Assembly: GCA_009602725.1 (NCBI GenBank)
Contig: WELB01000020.1
Coordinates: 1,003,701 to 1,056,826 of the forward strand
DNA from: Spirogloea muscicola
Lineage: Eukaryota
Length of the DNA: 53,126 nucleotides
Reading direction: 5' to 3'
Below the pieces are notes generated by a model. The model searched no databases, was not told the origin of the DNA, and worked only from the letters and a program-made list of their open reading frames with translations. The translations under genes and the position numbers were made by a program. This document shows, piece after piece, positions 31,891-44,091 of the stretch. Each line of letters begins with the position of its first letter. Position 1 is the stretch's first letter.

Positions 31891-33151
31891 CAAAAAGGAA
31901 TGGACAAGGCTGTTGGGGCATCACCTTGACGCCCTTCACAGTGGGCACCGCCCCTGTATCAGACTGATTCCCAGACACCCACCCCCATGCACAGTCATGT
32001 TACCAAAATCTGCCTGCCGCAGCCTCAATGCCAGTCATCACCACCCATCTCGCATCATTAGCAGCAACATCTCCCCGTTTAGTCCTCGCTTGGGCTTAGC
32101 AACATAAACCTCATCCCATAGGACCAGATGAACCGAAACCACCTCCTCATTCTCCCGCCTGGTAAGATAGCTAGCCCGTAAGAAGGGCGAGCAGAGCGCA
32201 GAGCCCAGCTTACGCCAAGGCAAAGTGAGTCGGAAAGGCAGGGATGGGGGCTGCAAATGTTGAGTATTGTAATATGTTGAATCGGCGGGTCGGGGTCGGT
32301 GACCATCCCGCCCGTCTCATTGGGCCCTTAAGAGTCTCCCCTGGATAAGGGAGGCCTCGGGCACCGGTCGGGACACACTCTACATCTGAGGCCACGCGGC
32401 CACGCGCCCGTGCGCCCTAGCCATGGCTGCCATCCACCTTGGGTGAGGGCGGAGCCTGTGCTGTCTGACTGTCTGTCTGAGATCTGAATCTGTTTGCCGC
32501 CATGAGCACATCTGCATCTGAGCAGCTGCGACGAGGTCGCTCTGCTGGGCCGCCGCCTCAACGAGGGCGATCTGCTGGACCTGGAGGACGTCCAATGGAG
32601 GAACACGACTGGAGGAATGCAGACTCTGATAACGCTGTGTACAACCCACAGGGACAGGTGCAGGAGCAGGCACAAGAGCACGCAGCTCAGGAACACTTTC
32701 AGCAAAGGCATCATAGCAACAACGTCGAAAGGCAAAGGTTGAAGAATAGAAGAAGGATGCGGCTGCAAAATTCCAAAAGCGGTTGTGGAAGCCAGCCAGG
32801 TGCAGACAAAGGGTTTTCATGACCATATTAGCAGAGCCACATGCTAATCCGCTACAGGCTAGGCAAGGTCCAAGGGTCCAAGGGTGGGCTGAAAATCTTT
32901 CCCCCCCTCCGCTTTCATTTTCTCCCTGGATAGCCGATGTGCTTCAAATCCACACGGGCCCTATCGGCACTCATGTGATAACGGCACTGACTGTCGACAA
33001 CTCGTCCACAAGCCATCAAAGGCAACCAATGGTCTATCCCACCAACAGTCTACCCATTGGTCTGGTCCCAACAGTCTACTATTCACTGCACTAGTCTTCA
33101 ATATTGGTCTCACTTCATTTTTCAAGCAGCAGCGGATTGTCAAGGTGGCCC

Positions 33152-36100
33152 CTAAGGATAACCGTATAGGTTGCACACACTACCCTCGCATTGGCCACTG
33201 TAGTCTTGAAAGTAGCAGGGGCCATTGCCGGAAACGCAACTTCCTTGGTTGTTGCAGACGGAGCAGCACCCAAGATGACATGACCCATCGCAAAGCGTGT
33301 CGACCAGCTTGTAGCTGTCAATCTGGCATATGCCCTCACTGCAAAGGTGGCATTATATCAGTAAAGCTGGAGCACAGGTCGTGACTAGTGAGCATCTTTA
33401 CAGCTCAAGCTTTGTTCCTATCCATGAAATTCAACATGACAAGGAGCTATTGTGCTTCAAAGTCCTGCAGTAATGACCCTTGGCGCAAAGGCTGTCAGTA
33501 TGACGGCAAAGTACAATCAAATTGGCGCAATCCGAGGCCTTTGTCAGATACCTGCACTTGCCATTGACGCAGTCGGGATGGATTGGTCCCTTGATGTCAG
33601 TTATGTCGCAAGAAGTGCCGTTTGGCAGAAATTTTAGCATGCACTTGCCACTCCTGTGACATTGACCACCCAGGATGCATGCTCAGTTGGTGCTAAGCTC
33701 TCATCTCAGGTCCTCCGCGTGCCAAAATCACAGATGGATGCAACCTGAAGCAGGCTCATTTGTGACTTCCTGATTCTGGCCGAGGCATATCAAAGATCCA
33801 TGTAATTCACAGTTTACACAGTCTTGTGGCCTACATGCACGAAGCAGTAGCACAGCCCTTGTACTCAGTAAGGGGACCATCATTCAGTAAGGCACGCGCG
33901 CAATCAGTGCCATCTGGAAGTGGAGAGACCTGAGCACAGGTGCCATTCCTACATGAGGAAGAACCAGAAGCTTCATATCAGTAGCTGGACCACATGTTGA
34001 TACATATGTCAGTGGCGCATGTAGCACATGTGCAACACAGCTGAAGGTATTCCGCAGTCACACAGTTGCATGCAATGGTTTCAGGAGAGCATGTGGCACT
34101 CCATGATCCTCCCACGACATGGACGGTCATTCACCTGCACTTCAGCACGCTGCAGAATCATCCTCAGGGACATAGTCGCAAGGTTTTCTCGCATTTGCAG
34201 CGTAGTCGTACCGGCAGTGTCCAGCACCACTGCCAACAAAGTGTCACCCGTATCAGAGCCTGAAAATCATGCTTATGGGAAGTCCGGTGCTTTGACTTTG
34301 TCAAAGTAGCACATTCCAACAACCAACCAATACTTGAGTAAACCTTCTCATAAGATCAGAAGCAGATGGTGGCGGGCTCACTCGCACGCTCCGTTCGGCT
34401 CGCAATGGTTGTAATTATCAATATGCAAGGAGCAAGGAGAGCCCGCGGAATGCAAGCTCATGACCACACATGACCCGTTCCTGTTGAGGATGAAAATCAA
34501 GCCAGCAGCTAGCTTGTGAGTACGTGGCGCTAAGCAGATAGTCATGCTTGCATGCCCAACGACCTGAAGACAACAAACTACTGCTTCTCAGGGGACAACA
34601 TGGAGACCAACGTCAGGACCAAGTTCAGCCACTCGTTTGGCCCACTTCAATCTATCATGATCACAAGTCAGAGCTGCCCATCACTGCAAGGATCATGGGC
34701 AACACGGCTATCGGGATGAAAGTCAAAGAAGATGGGTAAACGATCTTGCTCATCTCAATGCACTGACCGGCAACCGAGATCGGCGCAATCATTGTCAAGT
34801 CCAGGCAAAGAATCACAGAAAGAAGGGTAAGGATCCACAGAAGTAGCCCGTGCACATCGGAAGGAAGGAACAAAGTTCACAGTGCTGAAGACACGCAAAG
34901 ACAAGAACACGATAAGGTCATACTTACTGAAGCACCCTACTAGTACATAAGAAAGGATTCGCTGGCAGGAAATTCGCGCCATATTCAGCATACAAGAGAT
35001 GCTGAACAGATTTTCCTGTCAATTGATACTTGCAGCTGATAAACGACCATGCAACAGCCCAAAAGCGTGTTCAAGTTCTGCTTGCAGTCAAGGACTTACT
35101 CGCAATATGCATAGGCACACGGGTATCGGCTACGAGCTGGAGTCGAGTCAAGCAGATCAGGCTGCCAGTTCCGGCAAGTAAATTTGTAGCTATCCGGCGA
35201 GCAGGCTGCACATGCCCAGAAAGAAGTCCTACTAAGAGTCTAGCTAGCACTTCGATCTGTCTTGGGAGATACCAACAGATGCAGAGCACCTCTGCATGAG
35301 CGGCCTGATCATCCTTCACATACTTCAGAGTGAAAGCACGCAAACTGTTGTCATCTTGATGCAGGGCGCTTCATGCACTTCATGAGGGTTCACAAGTAAT
35401 GGACGGTGAGACGAGGGGTGTGAAGGAAGTTAAGCAGCACCCACTGGGTGCAGGTAGGCCCGCACAGACTGAAGCTGGCCTCTGGTATTTCGCCGGACGG
35501 TCCAAGCAGTTGAAGTTGGCGTGGACAACAGCGCGCCCCTCTTTTGTGGCATTGGGTGCTGCCCCAATGAAGTAATTTCTGGAGATATCCACCCATGTCA
35601 GGTTCTGGGTTGAAGCAAAGAAGTCCAGCCTGAAAGCTCCTTGGAAATTGTTGTACAAAATGTCTCTGCCACCATCAATCAACAAGCGTGGCTTAGAACA
35701 AGAGCTCCCATTTTTGAGGAGAAAGAGAAGTGATTTCAATCGGTTGGGCATGACATAGGTTCGCTCTGTTGCTCCTTACAATTTTTGCAGCTTTGTAAGG
35801 TATGCAAAGGGTTTTATCCCCAACCCCAGATCTGGCAGCACCCCTTCAAATTGATTCCCTGCAATGTTGCTGCAGAAAGCAGGAAACTCGCAGGCATTCA
35901 AGTACAGTGAATCAGCAGCGCAGTCCGTCTATGATGCAAGCATGCACATCCTGTCTAGTCCTTCACATGCCCACTTTCAAGAGAACAACCCCTGCAACCA
36001 TCAAATCGTGATGCAAGTGGTGTTGTGCAGACTTCCTGACAATGGCAGCAGTGAGCAGCAATGGATCGCTTTGGCGATCAAGGATCTTACAGGACTTGCA

Positions 36101-38605
36101 GATTCCTGCATTTAAGCAGCTGGTCTGGGAAAAAGTATGCAGTGAGGTTGTTGTATGAAAAGTCCCTGATGTGCCAATGCATCATATACTTTGCCGATCA
36201 GCCATGTCAGCATCGAGTCAATTTTCAGAGCAAAGAAGCTCGTCAAACAGTTTGTCTGTGGGCACCACTATGACCACAGAAAGTAAGTTGCTTGCATCTG
36301 AAAAGCTCATGCAAGGCAAAGGGAAGCTACTCTCTGAGTCATACACGTGGGTGAGGACATCATTGAAGGTAATCATTCCGGTTGGAGTAGTGAATATGCT
36401 CGTCAATCCGTATGGTACCTGGGTTGGGCCCGTCAATCTGTTATGTGCCACTTGACTGCACATGCAACAGCACACCACTCAGGGGATCTAGCTGGCCCAT
36501 TGGATGCGCATATGTGCACCACCCCTATCATCCCAGTCATTCTGCAGGAGCCAGAAACCCCTGGTACCATGTGAAGGATAACGTGTCGCTAAATCATGCA
36601 TTGAAGAAAGCTCAAGCTACAGCCAGGGCCTATTGCAAGTGCTTGATTCTCACATTTTCTGCAGCGCAGACATGGTGGATAGGCGGGGCAAGTCGCCACT
36701 GAGGCTGTTGTTATCCAAAATTCTGTAGAGGTGCAAGAAAAAGAGGGAGTCGAGGTCATAGCAAAATACATGAAGGCCGACAAAGCTAATAAGCTGGAGT
36801 AGACGTTGCGCTATAGTTGGAGGGTGGTGTTTATGCAAGATCACAGCACTGAAAGTCTCAAAGTAAGTTGTTTTAGGGAAAGCCAACACGCACAAGATGA
36901 CAAGTCGGTAGAGTCGGGTGATGGTAGCCGGTACGCTGCCGGTGAGGTTGTTACAGCAGAGATGGCTGGTTTGTCGAGCACAAAAGGTCCAGCCAAGCAT
37001 GTGAAATCAGGACAAAGAACTAGGAATGTACTAATCAGGATACTGCAAGTCTTGCTCCTCAGGTGCCCACAGTGGAGCAGCATAGGCACCTACAGGCTCA
37101 CTTAAAATTTTGTGACGCCACACCTAGGAAGATGTCATGTAGCAGAAGCTTCTATCTCAGGGTATTATATCAACAGTATGTGCCTTCGGGTCAGGACAAC
37201 ACTTGCGCCTAGTATGCTATTGTGAGATACGCCTTACAAGAACTCACAGCAGGGTCAGCGCAGATAGCTGCCCAATGCTATCTGGAATACTCCCACTTAA
37301 GAAGTTATGGTCAAGGTTCCTGCAGGCAATCATGTGACAAAAGCACAGTGACTTTGCTTATCGACTATCTGAACACTCAAAGTAGTCCTCAGGACAGCAC
37401 ACAAGCACGCCAAAAAAAGGTGAGCAGAGCTTGATTTCCATACAAAAGGTCCAAGTGGGCGAGGTTGCCAATTGTAGAGGGAATCACTCCGGAGAGCCGA
37501 TTGCCATAGAGATGCCTTGCACAGCAGGTACAAGAGGTGTGCTTGTTAAGCCCCACTGAAGCGATCACACAACTAGCTAAAGAATTACAGGAAACACCAG
37601 CTTGTGGATGGCTGCTGCCACGAGAACCTCGTAAGTACTGCGAGCAGGTTGACGGGACAGCAGTGTCTCACAAGCGTGTCAGGCCCGTCAGGTTGCCAAT
37701 GGAAGCAGTGATGCTCCCGTTGAGGTTGGCGTTCACGACCACTCTGTGTACGCACGGGCTTGCTTCATTTGGCATCAACCCCACGCCAAGGCTGACAAAG
37801 GTCTGCGGAGCTCGAAGTGTGCACTTCTGTGGACCGGGGAGGGTTCAGGGAGCCCAACGGCCAATGCCAGCACAGTATTCAAGGAGCGAGCAGGCCGCTA
37901 TCAATGGAGGATCTGGCCCATTCTGAGCACCCTCAAGGGCCAGCATGTGGCAGGGCATGATTAGACTCACAGCGAGGAGACGCGGTTGGTGCCCGGGTCG
38001 CACTCGATGCCGTACCAGGCGCAGTGGCCGCCGGTGGAATTGCAGCCGGCGCAAGGATTGGGGCCCACCCAACTCGACAGAATGCTGGGATTGTGCACAC
38101 TAGCCTTGAAGCTTTGCAGGGCCGCAACTGCAGAGCAGATTACGGGCGGCGCAGCGTCAGGCGCGTGGCAAAGTGATGGCAAACTACCAAAAGAGATAGT
38201 TTGGAGTGTCTCTTCGCGACGGCAGGCTGGCGAGGAGGAGGAGAAGGCGCGCGGCGCGCCTGAAATGGAAGGTTGGCCAACCCATACCCAGTGCATTGTA
38301 CAGGCGAAAGCTAGTGCAAAAGTGGGACAGCTTGAAACAAAGCCCGATGCTGAGGTGGCCGCAAGGAGAAGGTGCGCTGTGCGCATGAAGTGAAAGGTGG
38401 CCAAACCAAGCCAACCAGCTGTTGAGGCAAAAGCTAACGAAGACTCACGGTCTGGGTGCAGGGCGAGCAGACGGCGGCCGATTGGGAGCGCAACTTCGGG
38501 CTGGCGCACAGTAAGATGCGGCTGCTGCAATTGGGAGATGGGGGAGTCGGCGGCGGCGCCGGCGGCGAGGAGGGCGGCGGCGGCGAGGAGCAGCAGCGCC
38601 GCCAT
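33152..38605 (-). CDS. Secreted LRR protein with C-terminal Cys-rich repeats, 17 exons (signal peptide, LRRNT, about 10 LRRs, Cys cap, 6 Cys-rich exons); apparent 1-nt frameshift near 34155
   Basis: Signal-like MAALLLLAAAALLAAGAAA; LRRNT AALQSFK...LSSW...PC...WYGIEC; 72-nt single-LRR exons at 37743-37672, 37515-37444, 37319-37248, 36965-36894 (LxLxxNxLxGxIPxxIGxL); cap NCLDRPAKYQRPASVC; last exon ends in TAG at 33154-33152. No TM or kinase exon seen. Confidence 0.8.
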
Positions 38606-38674
38606 GGCGGCTGGCGGGTGGGGAGGTGCGACTGGGAGTGAGCGGAGGTCGGGGGGCTGGCACCAAGCTCCCCA

Positions 38675-41115
38675 TTATGTACTTGCCTTTGTACTCGGCC
38701 ATTTGGCCTTCGTTTGTTCGAAGAAAGCGCGGCCAGATTGACTGGTGGCTGGGAAAGGCCAGCCCAAAAGAATGGACAAGGTCTGAGGGAGCTTGAGTGC
38801 GAACGACTAGGACTAAGACATCAGCCAGGGAACGCTCAGTAACCTCTAGACAGGAGATGCAGATCCAAGTACACGAAATCTTCATTCGCTGTGGTCGCTT
38901 GCACTGGTGGTGATTAAGTGATTATCCTACGGAAAGCATTTGGGAAAGCGCTTTTGGGCCCCTTCAGGCCTTGCCAGTTCTGTCCGGGCTGGCTGTTTTA
39001 GGGGAAGCCGCTTCGAAGAGGGCTAAGCTTGGGTGTTTGGTCTAGTGGTATGATTCTTTGTACTTGGCCACATGGCCTCCCCATCTCTTAATACACCCCT
39101 CTTCTCTATGGGCGGGCACTTTCTTGATACTCACGTTTTCCTTTGGGCGAGCTCTTCTTCTTTGGGGCGGTGGGCCTCGTCTGCTCTTGGACGTGGTACT
39201 GATCGACGCATACAAGAAGGGGGCCAGAGGAAGCCAGAGGAAGCGCTAAGAAACCAAAGCAGACAAAGAAAGAAAGCAGCTACAAATCACTCAGTAACCC
39301 CTGCTAAGCAGCCGCAAATCAGAGAGGCTAGGGTCCTGGAAGTGGGTCCCCTGGACAGAGCCAGAGGCAGCAGCGAGGGCTCTCCCGGCACGAAGGTGCA
39401 GCGCACGGGCCATGGACCTCTGCAGCGAGACGGCCAAGCGCATGCGATACACTTGCGCCAGCGACCCGGCNNNNNNNNNNNNNNNNNNNNNNNNNNNNNN
39501 NNNNNNNNNNNNNNNNNNNNNNNNNNNNNNNNNNNNNNNNNNNNNNNNNNNNNNNNNNNNNNNNNNNNNNNNNNNNNNNNNNNNNNNNNNNNNNNNNNNN
39601 NNNNNNNNNNNNNNNNNNNNNNNNNNNNNNNNNNNNNNNNNNNNNNNNNNNNNNNNNNNNNNNNNNNNNNNNNNNNNNNNNNNNNNNNNNNNNNNNNNNN
39701 NNNNNNNNNNNNNNNNNNNNNNNNNNNNNNNNNNNNNNNNNNNNNNNNNNNNNNNNNNNNNNNNNNNNNNNNNNNNNNNNNNNNNNNNNNNNNNNNNNNN
39801 NNNNNNNNNNNNNNNNNNNNNNNNNNNNNNNNNNNNNNNNNNNNNNNNNNNNNNNNNNNNNNNNNNNNNNNNNNNNNNNNNNNNNNNNNNNNNNNNNNNN
39901 NNNNNNNNNNNNNNNNNNNNNNNNNNNNNNNNNNNNNNNNNNNNNNNNNNNNNNNNNNNNNNNNNNNNNNNNNNNNNNNNNNNNNNNNNNNNNNNNNNNN
40001 NNNNNNNNNNNNNNNNNNNCGTGGCGGCGCTCCAGCTCCCCAAGTTAGCTTGTCAGATTTGTTTGTGCTCACCCGTGGGTACTAATGTCATCTTAGGTAC
40101 CTTAGATTAGGTCTCCGTATTATGTAGCCTTGTTTAGTCTGCACTCGACTCTGCCTGAACAATGTATTGGCTTGAATTGGCCTCCCTTTCAATTCATGCG
40201 CCCCGCGCGCCTTCTCTCTCTTTGGGGGAGGGCGGGGAAGCCGGGTCTGCCGGCGGCGGCTGCCGGCCCGCTTGCTGCGGGGTGACCGTGGCACATTTCA
40301 GATCCGCCAGATCCGCCTCCCGCCACTTGGCCGGCCTTGGCTGGCCGGCGCCCAGTCCGGCCACCTGCAGGAAAAAAGGCGCGCAGTGCGCATGCAATGA
40401 AAGGGCGGCCAATTGAAGCCTACATCGTTGATAATGAATGAAAGTGTCTCTCCCAAAGGAGTGTGTATCGAGTGATGGAGAGCCTGAGTGGCCAAGTACG
40501 AAGGCAAGCACATGCACAGATGTACATCAGCTGCTGCCAAGCTAAACCGCTCAGTAACCACGAGTCAGCACAAAGAGGTCGTTAATCGATGCCCGGACAC
40601 CGAATGGCGATCGACAAGCTCCTGTGCCACCAGCCAAGGCTCGACCAACTTTTGGATGTCAAGCATGAGCCTGAGCTCGTTGCAGAGAGGCTGACACACG
40701 ACGTCGTAAAGATATCAAATAGGCTGCCGGCATGCCCATCTGGATGGAAGCATATCCTCATGTCGTGCATATCCTAGACTTGCAGTAGGTTATGGAAGCG
40801 AGGACCCATGCAGCCGAAAGTGTCAATTGCTGCCGGTAGGAGGTGAGCGCTGCGGGTGTAGTCAGAGTAGTGTCAGAGCTTTCTCTGCTCAGCACCTCCC
40901 ACTGCATGGCCAGCAATGTGCATCGATGCGGAACTCTTGTCCGCCTCCGTCAACACCACATCAATCAAGGCTCATGGACCTCTGCAAGGTTGTACACCCA
41001 CAATGTCCAGGGTGCAACGGTGATGGCGTCCCTGGAAATTGGTGGTGATGGAAATTATATGGCTCACTTCCACAACGGCGCGGTAGCCGGTGTCGCGCAC
41101 CACGTCCGCCAGGGC
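38675..41115. mobile_element. Cluster of CRE-like 3' fragments around the assembly gap (38725-38870 -, 39230-39470 -, 40020-40220 +, 40440-41115 -)
   Basis: The same C-terminal peptide and UTR families; 40440-41115 is a decayed copy of 9243-9939. Confidence 0.8.
39471..40019. other. Assembly gap (N run)
   Basis: N characters. Confidence 1.
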
Positions 41116-42254
41116 TGTCGTGCGCTGTCCAGTCGGTGTTCGATTCGCGTCGGTGCTGACTCGGACGCGGAGGTGGCTGCACGCGTAGAGAATCAAGATA
41201 GGTCATCCATCAGCTTGGTGTGCAGAGAAGATGCGAGCGCGGGACCTCCCCGCTGTAGTCAGAAGTGGTGCCCAGTTGGTCGCTGGAGTACCACCTGGCG
41301 ACGGTTCAATCCAGATGCCGCCCAAGCACGCTTGGGGGCGACGTTCGACTTCGATTGGCCCCAGTCCCGCCGGACGCGGGCGCCCAACACCCAATCGCCT
41401 AGCCGTGCCAGTCTGGCCACGGCGTGCAGGCATGATGCCGCCCATGGCAAACTACTGACACCGATGAGCAGTGCCATCTGGCCACCCAGACCACACAAAG
41501 CCCCTCATAGACCGAGAGAGCTCATGAATGCGCGTCGAAGGTATGATTTGCCTCGATGAGCCGTGAGAAATCGGCTAGGCAGTGGTGGGGGAAATGGTAG
41601 GTGGTGGTAGGTGCGAGTCTCGGGCTGCACTGGCCTTGAGACCTGGGGGACCAGATGGGCCAGATGGCCCATCCCAACAAACAATGTAGTTCCTTACTTT
41701 CTTTGACCAAGCATAAGGCAACTTCCGCTGAAGAGCCTAATCCGGGTAGCTCCGCCTCCGGTCGCGTCAGACCGGCTCACACTCGGTAAGCCGCGAATAC
41801 CGCGACCTTGTGTGTGCAGAGTGCAGCCTCGAACATTGTCTCGAGCTGCTCAGAGGCTGTCACATACTATTACTTCAGCATCCGTCGTGTACGGCATTCC
41901 TTGACTTCGTCTCTGATTGTGGTTCTAAGCGTGTGACTTGTCTTCCAACCATCTTCACTAAATAATGAAGTTTTCTTAATTCTAAGTTCTGGATTGCCAA
42001 CCACGTCATCTGTTGGTTACTTCTATTCTGTTATTTTCTGTCAATGCCAATGTTGCTACTTATTTTCCCGCAGACCTACTTTTCACCTCATTTCCTTGAG
42101 TGTCCACCACGTAGAGTCGGATTCGTTGCCGACTTCCATACTGATCTGACTTATCGACGCAGTCTATCGGGCAGCCGACATCATCTAGCACGGCGACGCT
42201 CTGCGCCCGGGCATGACACGCCCACCACCTCAGGGCCTGTGGGACAAAGAGAAA

Positions 42255-43140
42255 ACTTCCGTGTATGAGAAAGAAATGGAGGCCAAATGGCCAAGTACAA
42301 AGGCAGGCACATCTAAAGATCTTCATGACCTACAGCAGAATGACCCGCTCAATGACCACGGATCAAAACATGAAGGTCACTACTCGATGCATGAGCAAAG
42401 AAAAATGCGTGTATATTAAGAGATGGGGAGGCCATGTGTGGCCAAGTACAAAGGCAAGCACATTGGACAAATGTACGTCACCTGCTGCTAAGCTGACCCG
42501 CTCAGTAACCACGAGTCAGCACATAGAGGTCGCTAGCTGACGCTCGAATACCGGACGGCAATTGACTAGCTCTTGTGCCAGCAGCTAAGGCTCGACCAGC
42601 TTTCTGATGCAGAGCATACGCCTGAGCTCGTTGCAGACAGGTTGACACTCGACGTCGCAGAAATGACAGATAGGCTGCACGGCATACCCATCTGGGCTGG
42701 GAGCATATCCTCGCGTCGTGCACATCCCAGACTCGCTATGTTCTCGAGTAGGGTATGGAAGCGAGGACCCAAGCAGCCGAAAGTGTCGATTGCGGCCGGG
42801 AGGAGGTGGTCACTGCGGGGGTAGTCTGAGTAGTGTCGGAGCTTTTTCTGCTCAGCACCTCCCACTGCGTGGCAAGCAATGTGTGTGGAAAGAGCAAAGA
42901 GGGGCTAGCAAAGCCAGCCCAGAGAAGAATGGGACAATATCCAAAGGCCACGGGAAAGGTGCCGTAAAGGGGGAGACTACGCAACTGGACACGAAATGAT
43001 GCAGGATGGAAGCCCGCTGATTCACCATGTAAATGCGATCAGTAGGGAGAAAGTGCTCGCCCATTCAGCATAGGGGCTGGAAATGCCAGCCCGAAAAAGA
43101 GTCAACAGAGGACAAGAAGGGGGCCAGGGGAAGGCGCTAA
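42255..43140 (-). mobile_element. CRE-like 3' fragment (42400-42890) plus additional tails
   Basis: GGAEQKKLRHYSDYP...SDLYVLTRGY-TGA (42502); UTR tails at 42255-42320, 42890-42990, 43045-43140. Confidence 0.8.
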
Positions 43141-44091
43141 GGGGGGAGGAGGAGGGGGGGACTGCCGCGGCCGCTGACGCCTTCCTGACTCTCGCCGCGG
43201 GTGTCCTGACGCGCGTCCGCCCGACGCTGTGAGTACGTCAATCCGTCCCCGACCCGAGCGGGAGAACGACCAATCCGAGACAAACCCGACCCGAGAACGT
43301 CAAATCCACCCCCTCCCTTCCACCACCTTCGTCGTGCCTTTGTGCATGCAGCCCATCGTCCCTGACCGTCCGCAGCTCTTTCCGGATTAGTCAACCATTC
43401 GTCACGGCACCTGTTCATAAATGAATCAGTACTGGGTCAGATCTGCGCGAGTCATGTGAGGTACCTCGAGCGGCACAATTTGGCCACGATACAATCCACT
43501 CACTCTCCCTCTCTCTCTCAACGGGCCATCTAGAGCGATGAGCCCTCTGTCAGGAGTCCTTATGCTTGTGCTGCCTGGTCTGCAGGTAGCCATTGGACAA
43601 GCACCATGATCATGTTTGCCGGTCATTCAGACTTGTCTCTGCAACACGCAATTCCTGCACTACTTGGTCCGTGCATCCCACGATTCTCTCTTATCGTCGT
43701 TGTGCAGACGGCACAGTCGTGCCATCGACTCCTCACACGAGCTAAGCATGTGACTATCTTACATTCTGCAGGCCCTTGTTGAGAAGGTCATGTACTTCCG
43801 GCAACTTGCCGAGTACCTTTCACTTTTCCCTTGCAGTGGATGATGGACAACGATGGGAGGGCTCTTGTCACCGAAGTTTGTGCTCCCACTAAGCAATGGT
43901 GTGGTGTGGAGCAGCCTCTTTGACCATGAGGACTCTTTGATACTATAGCTCTGCATAGAGATGCCAGTCATAATTGGAGACGGTTTGAAGGGTGGGCGGC
44001 ACCGATTTGTCAATTGACTGGCCTGCGTTTCTCACAGGTCCTCTAGACCTTCATGATGCTAGCTGCATCTTCCTCTGAAACAATACCTCAC

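Noticed and set aside
39072..40110. ORFs of 230-340 aa
   Set aside because: They span the N gap and join unrelated element fragments.
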